This document shows, in pieces, positions 38,440-46,178 of a DNA stretch of 64,000 bases. Source of the DNA: an uncultured Citromicrobium sp. (GTDB lineage Bacteria; Pseudomonadota; Alphaproteobacteria; Sphingomonadales; Sphingomonadaceae); the NCBI GenBank assembly GCA_964401795.1, contig CAYNZQ010000005.1, forward strand, positions 49,754 to 113,753. The letters run 5' to 3'. A program made the position numbers and the translations under genes. The notes under the pieces are model-generated. The model was not told where the DNA came from, ran no database searches, and saw only the letters and a program-made list of their open reading frames with translations. Numbering within the stretch: the first letter of the stretch is position 1; each line of letters opens with the position of its first letter.

Positions 38440-39966
38440 TCAAAGGGTTACGCCGCGCTTCCACAGCGCGATCACCCGCTGATCGTTTTGCTCGGCCCGC
38501 GTCGGCTCGCCACTGGCGACCGACAGCAGGTGGGCGGCGAAGGCCCGCTCCACCGGTTCGTGCCCGTCGGTCAGCATCCGGCCTGCATCGAAATCGATCC
38601 AGCGCGCCTTGTCCTGCGCAAGCCGCGAATTGGACGCGACCTTGACCGTCGGAACCGGGAAGCCGAGCGGCGTGCCGCGACCGGTGGTGAACAGGACCAG
38701 CGTGGCACCCGCCGCCGCCAGCGCGGTGGAGGAAACGGCGTCGTTGCCGGGCGCCTCCAGCAAGGTCAGCCCGGGACGCGAGACGGTCGCGCCGTAATCG
38801 ATCACGTCGACCAGCGGCGCCGCGCCCGCCTTCTGCACCGCGCCGAGCGATTTTTCCTCCAGCGTGGTGATGCCGCCCGCGATGTTTCCGGGGGAGGGGT
38901 TTTCCGAAACCGGTTGCCCCTGGTCGAGGAAGTAGCGCTTGAACCGGTTTAGCAGCGCGCCTGCCGCCGCGAATACCTCGGGCGAACGGGCACGGGCGAA
39001 CAATGCGTCCTCTGCCCCGAAGATTTCGGGGATCTCGGTCAGGATCAGGCGCCCGGCGCTGGCGCTCAACCGGTCGCTGAACCGGCCCAGCAGCGGGTTC
39101 GCGGTCAGGCCCGAAAGCGCATCGGACCCGCCGCATTTCAGGCCCACGGTCAGGGCGGAGGCGGGGGCGGTTTCGCGATGAACGGTTGCCAGCTCCTCGA
39201 CCAGCCCGGCCACCGCCGCCAGCGTCCGCGCGCGCTCGTCACCCGGGTCCTGCGCGCGAACCGTCCGGATTTTCGCACGGCTGCGATCGGGGATACCGGC
39301 GAGCAGGGCGTCCAGTTGGTTGCTCTCGCACCCCAGCCCGACCAGCACGCCCCCCCCCGCATTGGGATTGTCGCACAGTGCCGCCAGCGCGGCCCGCGTG
39401 CCTGCAAGGTCGTCGCCCAGTTGCGAACACCCGTGCGGATGTCCGAAGCCGACCACGGCGTCGATCCGCCCGCGATGGACCGCATTCGCCTCGCGCGCCG
39501 CCATCTCCACCAGCGGCGCGACACATCCCACGGTGGGCAGGATCCAGATTTCGTTGCGCGTGGCATAGCGCCCGTCCGCCCTGCGATAGCCCATCCAGGT
39601 GCCGAGGGGCTCTGCCGAACTGGCGATGTCGTCGGCCGCGGCGAAGGCACCATAGGCCAACTCGCCCGCCAATGCCGTCTTCAGATTGTGGGAATGAACA
39701 TGCGCGCCTTGCGCGATGGGCCGGGTGGCGCGCCCGATCCGCTCGCCATACCGCAGCACCGCATCGCCCGCCGCGTGATCGTGCAGGGCGAATTTGTGGC
39801 CGGCCGGAATGGGCTCGCGCAGCCGGAGCTCCACGCCCGCGATCTCCACCGGCTCGCCGTCCGCGAGATCGCGCAGCGCGATGCCGACCCCGTCCGCCGG
39901 GTGGCACCGCCAGACGGCGGTTTCGCCGGTCGGGGAAGCGGACGGGGCGGGGGTGGTACGGGACAT
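38440..39966 (-). CDS. uxaA: altronate dehydratase (UxaA family)
   Basis: N-terminal SAF domain (IALRDLADGEPV...IPAGHKFAL), body with TVGC...GHPHGCSQ...GLGCE. ATG 39966 (or 39972) after GAGGAG. Confidence 0.85.
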   Translation of the reverse strand: MSRTTPAPSASPTGETAVWRCHPADGVGIALRDLADGEPVEIAGVELRLREPIPAGHKFALHDHAAGDAVLRYGERIGRATRPIAQGAHVHSHNLKTALAGELAYGAFAAADDIASSAEPLGTWMGYRRADGRYATRNEIWILPTVGCVAPLVEMAAREANAVHRGRIDAVVGFGHPHGCSQLGDDLAGTRAALAALCDNPNAGGGVLVGLGCESNQLDALLAGIPDRSRAKIRTVRAQDPGDERARTLAAVAGLVEELATVHRETAPASALTVGLKCGGSDALSGLTANPLLGRFSDRLSASAGRLILTEIPEIFGAEDALFARARSPEVFAAAGALLNRFKRYFLDQGQPVSENPSPGNIAGGITTLEEKSLGAVQKAGAAPLVDVIDYGATVSRPGLTLLEAPGNDAVSSTALAAAGATLVLFTTGRGTPLGFPVPTVKVASNSRLAQDKARWIDFDAGRMLTDGHEPVERAFAAHLLSVASGEPTRAEQNDQRVIALWKRGVTL

Positions 39967-40032
39967 CGGCATTCGCTCCTCGACCGGCGATGACCGGTTG
40001 ATCTCGCCCCGGGCACCGGGCACAAGCTGTAA

Positions 40033-40048
40033 CTGACACCGGTTACCA
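40033..40048. promoter_or_regulatory. LacI-type operator candidate, site 5 (CTGACACCGGTTACCA)
   Basis: In the divergent uxaA/uxaC gap, 67 and 74 bp from the two starts. Confidence 0.6.
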
Positions 40049-40121
40049 TGACCCTCGGCGGCGATGCAATCGCGACGAGGGGTGACACGCGGCGCCGTGC
40101 GCCCCGAACGAAGGAACGAGA

Positions 40122-41522
40122 ATGCCCAAACCGCTCCATCTTCACGAAGACAGGCTTTTCCCCACCGAACCGAAGGTGCGCGATCTGGCACGCGCGCTCT
40201 ATCGCGAGGTCGCGGACCTGCCCATCGTCAGCCCGCACGGCCATACCGATCCCGAATGGTTCGCGACCGATCGACCGTTCGGCAATGCGACCGAATTGCT
40301 GCTCCATCCCGACCATTACCTGTTCCGGATGCTGTATTCGCAGGGCATCGCGCTGGAGCGGCTGGGCATCGTTGGCCATGCCGCCGATCCGCGCGAGGCG
40401 TGGCGCCTGTTCGCGCAGAATTATCACCTCTTTCGCGGGACGCCGTCGCGCCTGTGGCTCGACTGGGTATTCGCGCGGGCCTTCGGGATGGAGGTCCGGC
40501 TGGATGCGAACACCGCCGACCATTATTTCGACACCATCACCGACCGGTTGCAGCAGGACGCATTTCGCCCGCGAGCGCTGTTCGACCGCTACGGGATAGA
40601 GGTGCTGGCGACCACCGAAAGCCCGCTCGATACATTGGATCACCACCGCGCCATTCGCGACAGCGGCTGGGGTGGCAGGGTCGTCACCGCCTATCGCCCC
40701 GATCCGGTCGTCGACCCGGAATTCGAAGGGTTCGCCGACAATCTCGTCCGCTTCGGCGAAGTGACCGGCGAGGATACGATGCGCTGGGACGGCTATCTTG
40801 CCGCCCACCGCGCGCGCCGCGCGTTTTTCGCGGAGCATGGCGCCACCTCCACCGACCACGGTCACCCGACCGCCGCGACGGCGGACCTTTCCGCAGCGGA
40901 GGCAGAGGCGCTGTTCGCACGGGTCAGGGGCGGGGCGGCCTCACCCGAAGATGCGGAACTGTTCAGGGCGCAGATGCTGACGGAAATGGCGGCGATGAGC
41001 GTGGATGACGGGCTGGTCATGCAGATCCATCCCGGCAGCCTGCGCAACCACAATCGGCGCCTGTTCAACACCTTCGGGCGGGACAAGGGCGCGGACATTC
41101 CGACCCGGACGGACTACGTCCATGCGCTGCGTCCGCTGCTCGACCGGTTCGGAAACCAGGCCGGGCTCACGATCATCCTCTTCACGCTGGATGAAAGCAC
41201 CTATGCGCGCGAGCTTGCGCCGCTGGCCGGGCATTACCCGTGCCTGCGGCTCGGCCCCGCCTGGTGGTTCCACGACACTCCGGAGGGCATGCGCCGGTTT
41301 CGCCAGATGACGACCGAGACGGCCGGGTTCTACAACACCGTCGGCTTCAACGACGATACGCGCGCCTTCCTCTCCATCCCGGCGCGGCACGATGTCGCGC
41401 GGCGGATCGATTGCGGCTTCCTCGCGCAATGGGTGGCAGAGCACCGGATCGAGGATTGGGAGGCGGCCGAACTGGCGCGCGAACTCGCCTACGACCTGGT
41501 CAGGAAGGCGTATCGCCTGTGA
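40122..41522 (+). CDS. uxaC: glucuronate isomerase
   Basis: LHEDRLFPTEP...PIVSPHGHTDPEWF...HPDHYLFRMLYSQG, full-length UxaC pattern. Confidence 0.95.
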   Translation: MPKPLHLHEDRLFPTEPKVRDLARALYREVADLPIVSPHGHTDPEWFATDRPFGNATELLLHPDHYLFRMLYSQGIALERLGIVGHAADPREAWRLFAQNYHLFRGTPSRLWLDWVFARAFGMEVRLDANTADHYFDTITDRLQQDAFRPRALFDRYGIEVLATTESPLDTLDHHRAIRDSGWGGRVVTAYRPDPVVDPEFEGFADNLVRFGEVTGEDTMRWDGYLAAHRARRAFFAEHGATSTDHGHPTAATADLSAAEAEALFARVRGGAASPEDAELFRAQMLTEMAAMSVDDGLVMQIHPGSLRNHNRRLFNTFGRDKGADIPTRTDYVHALRPLLDRFGNQAGLTIILFTLDESTYARELAPLAGHYPCLRLGPAWWFHDTPEGMRRFRQMTTETAGFYNTVGFNDDTRAFLSIPARHDVARRIDCGFLAQWVAEHRIEDWEAAELARELAYDLVRKAYRL

Positions 41523-42871
41523 GGCTGTCGGCGGGCCGCGTCGCTCAGCTTCCCGGATCGGTGGAGCGGTATTCCTACGATCGGGACGCGCAGGCGATCG
41601 GTATCGTCCATTTCGGCATCGGCGCGTTCCACCGGGCGCACCAGGCCTGGTACACCGACCGGGCGATGGATGCAGGGGACCGGGACTGGGCGATCTGCGG
41701 CGTATCGCTGAGATCGCCCGATGTGGCGCGGCAGCTCGAGCCGCAGGACGGGCTCTATACGCTCACCGCGCGCGAAGGCGGGCGGCAGGACATTCGCCTC
41801 GTCGGCGCGGTGCGCGAGGTTCTGTTCGCGCCCGACAACGCCGGGGCGGTCGTCGCGCGCATCGCGGCGCCCGAATGCCGCATCGTCAGCTTCACCGTGA
41901 CCGAGAAAGGCTATGCCCGCGATGCGTCCGGTGGGCTGGACCTCGCCGCGGCACAGGCTGGTTTCTACCCCCTCCTTGCCCGCGCACTGGAGCTGCGGAT
42001 GGCGCGCGGCCTGCCGGGCATCACGCTGCTGAGTTGCGACAACCTCGCGGGTAACGGTACGGTGCTGCGGAGCCTGGTGCGCGAATGGCTCGCCGCCCGG
42101 TCGCCGGAGGTGCTGGGCTGGTTCGACCGCGAATGCACGGTGCCCTCGACCATGATCGACCGCATCGTTCCGCGCACCACCGCCGCGGATCGCGCCGCGT
42201 TGGCCGATAGGCTGGGCATGGTCGATGCGGGCGCCGTCTTTACGGAAACCTTCAGCCAGTGGGTGATCGAGGACGATTTCGCCTCCGGGCGCCCGGCGTG
42301 GGAGGCCGTGGGCGCGCAGATGGTCGGCGATGTCGCACCGTATGAAACCGCCAAGCTGCGCATTCTCAACGGTGCGCACTCGCTGCTCGCCTATTGCGGC
42401 CTGCGCGCGGGCCACGAATTCGTGCACGAGGCGATCGCCGATCCGGCCCTGCGCGGCCTGGCGGATGCGTTGATGCGGGAGGAAGCGCCACCGACGATCG
42501 ATGCCCCGCCGGACCTCGACCTGGCAGGCTATGCCGACCGGCTGGTGGAGCGGTTCGCCAATCCCAGCCTGCGCCATGCCCTTCCGCAGATCGCGATGGA
42601 CGGCACCCAGAAAATCCCGCAGCGCTGGCTCGACACGGCGCTTTGGCTGCGGAAGCATGACCGCGCCGCGCCGGCCCTGCGTGCAGCGATGGAGGGGTGG
42701 CTGTGGCACCTCGCCGACGGTCGCTTCGTCGACGATCCGCTCGGGCCCGAACTTGCGGGGCTCGCGCAGCAGTACGGCCGCGCCGGGGTCCTCGATCGCT
42801 GCTTCTCCGGATCGAACGACCAGCCGCCGCTGTGGCCGGGGTACGAAGCACTGCGCGCGCTGTTCCTTTAA
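41519..42871 (+). CDS. mannitol-dehydrogenase-family oxidoreductase (likely tagaturonate/fructuronate reductase)
   Basis: GTG 41519 overlaps the uxaC stop. IVHFGIGAFHRAHQA..., FTVTEKGY, DRIVPRTT, KLRILNGAHS family blocks. uxaA is adjacent. Confidence 0.8.
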   Translation: MRLSAGRVAQLPGSVERYSYDRDAQAIGIVHFGIGAFHRAHQAWYTDRAMDAGDRDWAICGVSLRSPDVARQLEPQDGLYTLTAREGGRQDIRLVGAVREVLFAPDNAGAVVARIAAPECRIVSFTVTEKGYARDASGGLDLAAAQAGFYPLLARALELRMARGLPGITLLSCDNLAGNGTVLRSLVREWLAARSPEVLGWFDRECTVPSTMIDRIVPRTTAADRAALADRLGMVDAGAVFTETFSQWVIEDDFASGRPAWEAVGAQMVGDVAPYETAKLRILNGAHSLLAYCGLRAGHEFVHEAIADPALRGLADALMREEAPPTIDAPPDLDLAGYADRLVERFANPSLRHALPQIAMDGTQKIPQRWLDTALWLRKHDRAAPALRAAMEGWLWHLADGRFVDDPLGPELAGLAQQYGRAGVLDRCFSGSNDQPPLWPGYEALRALFL

Positions 42872-43377
42872 GAGAAAACCCGGTCGCCAAAAGTCCAAGG
42901 GCAAACGTACCGTAATCACACGTCCATCGATAATGTTCGAAATTACGTGTATGATAAGTCGAATCGTCGAAGCTTAAACCGAAAGGTTGCGATACCGGGT
43001 TCGGTGAGTGGATTGATCGACTCGACAATTTGGCACGGAAAGACCGCTTCGATCTAGCAGGCGAACGTTGCAGCGTTATTCATTTGTGAAGCCGGGGTTC
43101 GCCGTGATGCTCTGATTGTGCGGCTGCACGACCGGTCGGCATAGAGGCCCTTTTCACTGCGTCCCGCTCGAACAGACCTGCCCGCAGCATTGTCGACACC
43201 CGTCAAAAAGCAAGTCGAACGGAAATTAATAAAGGTAAATGGAGGCACGAGATTGCTCACTTAAAGCCGCGCGAGAACAGCGAATGGACTGAACCCCTGA
43301 GCCTAAATCTCGACCGATATGCCCTTCTTTCCAGTGAAGACCGCGCCGAGATAAAGGCGCTGCTGGGCGGAACCCCG

Positions 43378-44025
43378 GTGCGGGTGAAGGCACGGGACGA
43401 CCTTATTAGGGAAGGCGACCGGCCCGATGTCGTGCGTCTGATGGTCGGCGGCTGGGCCTGCCGGTTCAAGGATCTTCCCGATGGCCGCCGCCAGATCATC
43501 GGCTTTTTCATTCCCGGTGATTTCTGCGACCTCAACATCTATATCCTTCAGCAGATGGACCATTCGATCGGGGCGCTGACCGATGTCAGCTATCTCGCCC
43601 TCCAGCCCGATGCGCTGGCACTGTTGATGGAACGGCGTCCGCGGGTCGCCCGGGCGCTGCTGTGGCACGAGCTGGTCAGTTCGGCGATCCAGCGCGAATG
43701 GCTGCTCAACCTGGGGCAGCGGACCTCCTTCGAGCGGCTGGCCCACCTCTTCGTCGAGATGTTCACCCGCCTGCGGGTTGTCGGCATGACGCAGGGCAAT
43801 ACCTGCCGCTTCCCTATCACGCAGTCCGACCTTGCCGATGCGACGGGGATCACCGCGGTCCATCTCAACCGCACTTTGCAGGACATGCGGCGCGACGGCT
43901 TGCTGGAATTGCGGGCCAAGCGGCTGACCATCCACGACATGGATCGGCTGCGGCGCGTGGCGATGTTCAACGACAATTACCTGCACCTCGACCACGAGGG
44001 CCGGCATCTGGATGCGAATGGCTGA
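43378..44025 (+). CDS. Crp/Fnr-family transcriptional regulator (start unresolved; coding frame is open from 43108)
   Basis: cNMP-binding-like barrel (REGD...GWACRFKDLPDGRRQIIGFFIPGDFCD) and C-terminal HTH (ITQSDLADATGITAVHLNRTLQDMRRDGLL). 43378 is the first canonical start, but homologous N-terminal sequence continues upstream (see findings). Confidence 0.75.
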   Translation: MRVKARDDLIREGDRPDVVRLMVGGWACRFKDLPDGRRQIIGFFIPGDFCDLNIYILQQMDHSIGALTDVSYLALQPDALALLMERRPRVARALLWHELVSSAIQREWLLNLGQRTSFERLAHLFVEMFTRLRVVGMTQGNTCRFPITQSDLADATGITAVHLNRTLQDMRRDGLLELRAKRLTIHDMDRLRRVAMFNDNYLHLDHEGRHLDANG

Positions 44026-45499
44026 TCCCGCCATCCTCGCCCCGATAGGCGGTGCGATGGCGGACACGGTTCGCGCGTTCGACTGGGCGACGACGCCACT
44101 CGGGCCGATGGCGGACTGGTCGCCGGGATTGAGCATCGCGGTCGCGTTCGTGCTGGAGCATCCCTTTCCCGCGGTGCTTGCTTGGGGGCCCGAGTTCACC
44201 ACCATCTACAACGATCGCTATTCCATTCTGCTGCGGGGGCGGCCCGAGGCGCTGGGGCGGCCGTTCCTGTCTGTCTGGCCCGAGGTGCGCGAGACGATCG
44301 CGCCGCAGATCGAACGGGCACGGCAGGGCGAGGTCGGATCGTTCAGCAACGCCCGTTTCTCTCTCATGCGGGATACCGGGATCGAAGATGCCTGGTTCGA
44401 CTATTCCTTCGGTCCGGCCCGCGACGGCGACGGAACGATCGGCGGTGTCCTCTATGTCGCGATCGAGACGACCGAGCGCGAACGCACTCGATCCGCGCTG
44501 GAGGCGAGCGAGCAGCGGCTGAAGACCCTGGTCGAAGGTGTTCCGCAGCTGGTCTGGCGGGCGCGACATGCGGGCGACTGGACCTGGGCGAGCCCGCAAT
44601 GGACCGCGTTCACCGGGCAGGCCGAACAGGACAGTCATGGTCGCGGCTGGCTCGACCGTGTCCATCCGGAGGACCGCGACCACGCGCTCGCGCAATGGAA
44701 CATGGCCGAAGGAGAAGAATCGTTCGAGGCGGAGTATCGCATCTTCGGCGCGGAAGAGGGCAGCTATCGCTGGTTCAAGACGCGCGCGGCGCCCTCATGC
44801 CGGGAAGACGGCACGGTGGCCGAATGGCTCGGCACCTCGACCGACATTCAGGAGTTGAAGGAAGCGCAGGATCGCCAGGGCCTCCTGCTCGCCGAGCTGC
44901 AGCACCGCGTGCGCAACCTCCTTTCCATGGTGCGGTCGGTCGTGCGTCAGTCGGCTGACGGGCACGACGACGTGGAGGAGTACGTCGCGCACCTCCTCGG
45001 GCGGCTGACCGCGATGGGACGGACGCAGGTCATGCTGACGCGCGCCGCCGGGGCGCGGATCAATTTGCGTACGCTGGTCTGGGACGAACTGGAAACTTTC
45101 GTCGGCGAACGGGCCGAGATCGCGGTATCGGGTCCGGAGGTTGAGTTGGCCCCCCGGACCGCCGAAATCCTGACGCTGGCGATTCACGAGATGGCGACCA
45201 ATTCCATCAAGTACGGGGCGCTCGGCAATGGGGGCCGGATCGGGTTCACCTGGGTGCGCGACGAACGCGAAGGCCGGGCCTGGTTGTCGCTTTCATGGGA
45301 AGAGCATGTCGCGAAGCCCCTCGGCGGCCCGGCGCAGGGCGGCTTCGGCACCGACCTGATCGAGCGACGAATCCCCTATCAGGTCGGCGGGGAGGGCAGC
45401 CTGACCCGGACCGCGGACGGCGTCCGCATGGCCCTTTCGTTTCCGGTTACGGGCGAGGGGAGCCTGCTGGATACCTCGGCGAACGGGCTTCGACGTTGA
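44012..45499 (+). CDS. cytoplasmic PAS-PAS HWE-family histidine kinase
   Basis: Two PAS folds (DWATTPLGPMADWSP...; LVWRARHAGDWTWASPQW...), H-box ELQHRVRNLLSMVRSV, N-box HEMATNSIKYGAL, W-x-E signature LSLSWEE. Start ATG 44012 or 44018 overlaps the Crp-like stop. Confidence 0.85.
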   Translation: MRMADPAILAPIGGAMADTVRAFDWATTPLGPMADWSPGLSIAVAFVLEHPFPAVLAWGPEFTTIYNDRYSILLRGRPEALGRPFLSVWPEVRETIAPQIERARQGEVGSFSNARFSLMRDTGIEDAWFDYSFGPARDGDGTIGGVLYVAIETTERERTRSALEASEQRLKTLVEGVPQLVWRARHAGDWTWASPQWTAFTGQAEQDSHGRGWLDRVHPEDRDHALAQWNMAEGEESFEAEYRIFGAEEGSYRWFKTRAAPSCREDGTVAEWLGTSTDIQELKEAQDRQGLLLAELQHRVRNLLSMVRSVVRQSADGHDDVEEYVAHLLGRLTAMGRTQVMLTRAAGARINLRTLVWDELETFVGERAEIAVSGPEVELAPRTAEILTLAIHEMATNSIKYGALGNGGRIGFTWVRDEREGRAWLSLSWEEHVAKPLGGPAQGGFGTDLIERRIPYQVGGEGSLTRTADGVRMALSFPVTGEGSLLDTSANGLRR

Positions 45500-45590
45500 C
45501 CGTGCCCTTGCGCCCCGCGCACCGCCGGTAAAGTCCTTGGCCGAATGGCAATAGCTATCGGGGCACGCGATTTCGTGGAGCCGCGACCCT

Positions 45591-45625
45591 CCTTATCTCA
45601 GACAGGCCCCTTATCTCAGGCAGGC
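45591..45625. repeat. tandem repeat CCTTATCTCAG(A/G)CAGGC x2 (18-nt period)
   Basis: Copies at 45591-45607 and 45609-45625. The second contains the TGA stop of the minus-strand ORF 45616..45927; the first carries a second in-frame TGA. Confidence 0.85.
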
Positions 45626-45927
45626 AAAGCGGCGTCGTCGTAGCCGATCTCCCAGCAATCGCCGGGCAGGCGGCAAAGGGTGCAGATCCGGCGCCCGTCG
45701 CGCCACAGTTCGGCCACGCCGCGCCGTGCCTCGTGCCGGGCGATGACCAGTGCCTGATAGGCGTCGGCCGCTTCGAACTCGATATCCTTTGCCGGCCGGT
45801 CACCTTCTTCGAAAAACTTCAGCCGATAAGTATGGCTGCCAGGTACCGGAACCGGATTTGAAACGCTCAAGGGGATGGCGGAACGGTTCGGTGTAGAAGG
45901 TGTCTTCATAACCACTCCTTTCACCAT
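45616..45927 (-). CDS. hypothetical small protein
   Basis: 103-aa ORF (or 97 aa from MKTPST). No motif recognised. Only ORF filling the gap, divergent from the RND operon. Coding status unproven. Confidence 0.4.
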   Translation of the reverse strand: MVKGVVMKTPSTPNRSAIPLSVSNPVPVPGSHTYRLKFFEEGDRPAKDIEFEAADAYQALVIARHEARRGVAELWRDGRRICTLCRLPGDCWEIGYDDAALPA

Positions 45928-46013
45928 CGTATTAGGGAAAGAGTCGGGCTGCGTCCTTTATCTTTGTCAGGTTTGATCTTTTCATAAGTCGAACGGGACC
46001 GTGCGCACGCCGA

Positions 46014-46045
46014 ATTCTCGCTGTAAACATTTATTAAACGAGAAT
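46014..46045. promoter_or_regulatory. inverted repeat ATTCTCG-N18-CGAGAAT in AT-rich promoter gap
   Basis: Perfect 7-bp arms flanking the AT-rich spacer CTGTAAACATTTATTAAA, 134 bp upstream of the RND adaptor gene. Confidence 0.45.
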
Positions 46046-46178
46046 ATCGAATGGGAAGCGAAGGGCGTAGGCGGCCCGGGGTTGGCGCGCTCCGTCCGGG
46101 ACCGGTGGCGCGCAAGGAACCGCCGAAATGCGCGCGAAAGCGCTTCCGCCCAGCGACCTTGTCCGTTAGGCAAGCCGC

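Noticed and set aside
42918-42950. Inverted repeat ACACGT-N21-ACGTGT (plus ATCGAT and TTCGAA palindromes) in the AT-rich region upstream of the Crp-like gene
   Set aside because: The arms are only 6 bp with a long spacer and are expected by chance. There is no second copy or match to the FNR/CRP TTGAT-N4-ATCAA consensus.
43031-43047. TGGCAC hexamer that could be the -24 element of a sigma-54 promoter (relevant because PrsR is in the window)
   Set aside because: The downstream sequence (ggaaaGACCGC) lacks the TTGC -12 element at the required spacing. A second TGGCAC at about 8064 lies inside a CDS and has the wrong spacing.
43054-43260. 68-aa minus-strand ORF in the AT-rich gap
   Set aside because: There is no SD, the composition is odd (Cys/Arg/Ser/Thr-rich), and it overlaps the probable 5' region of the Crp-like gene. 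It is treated as non-coding.
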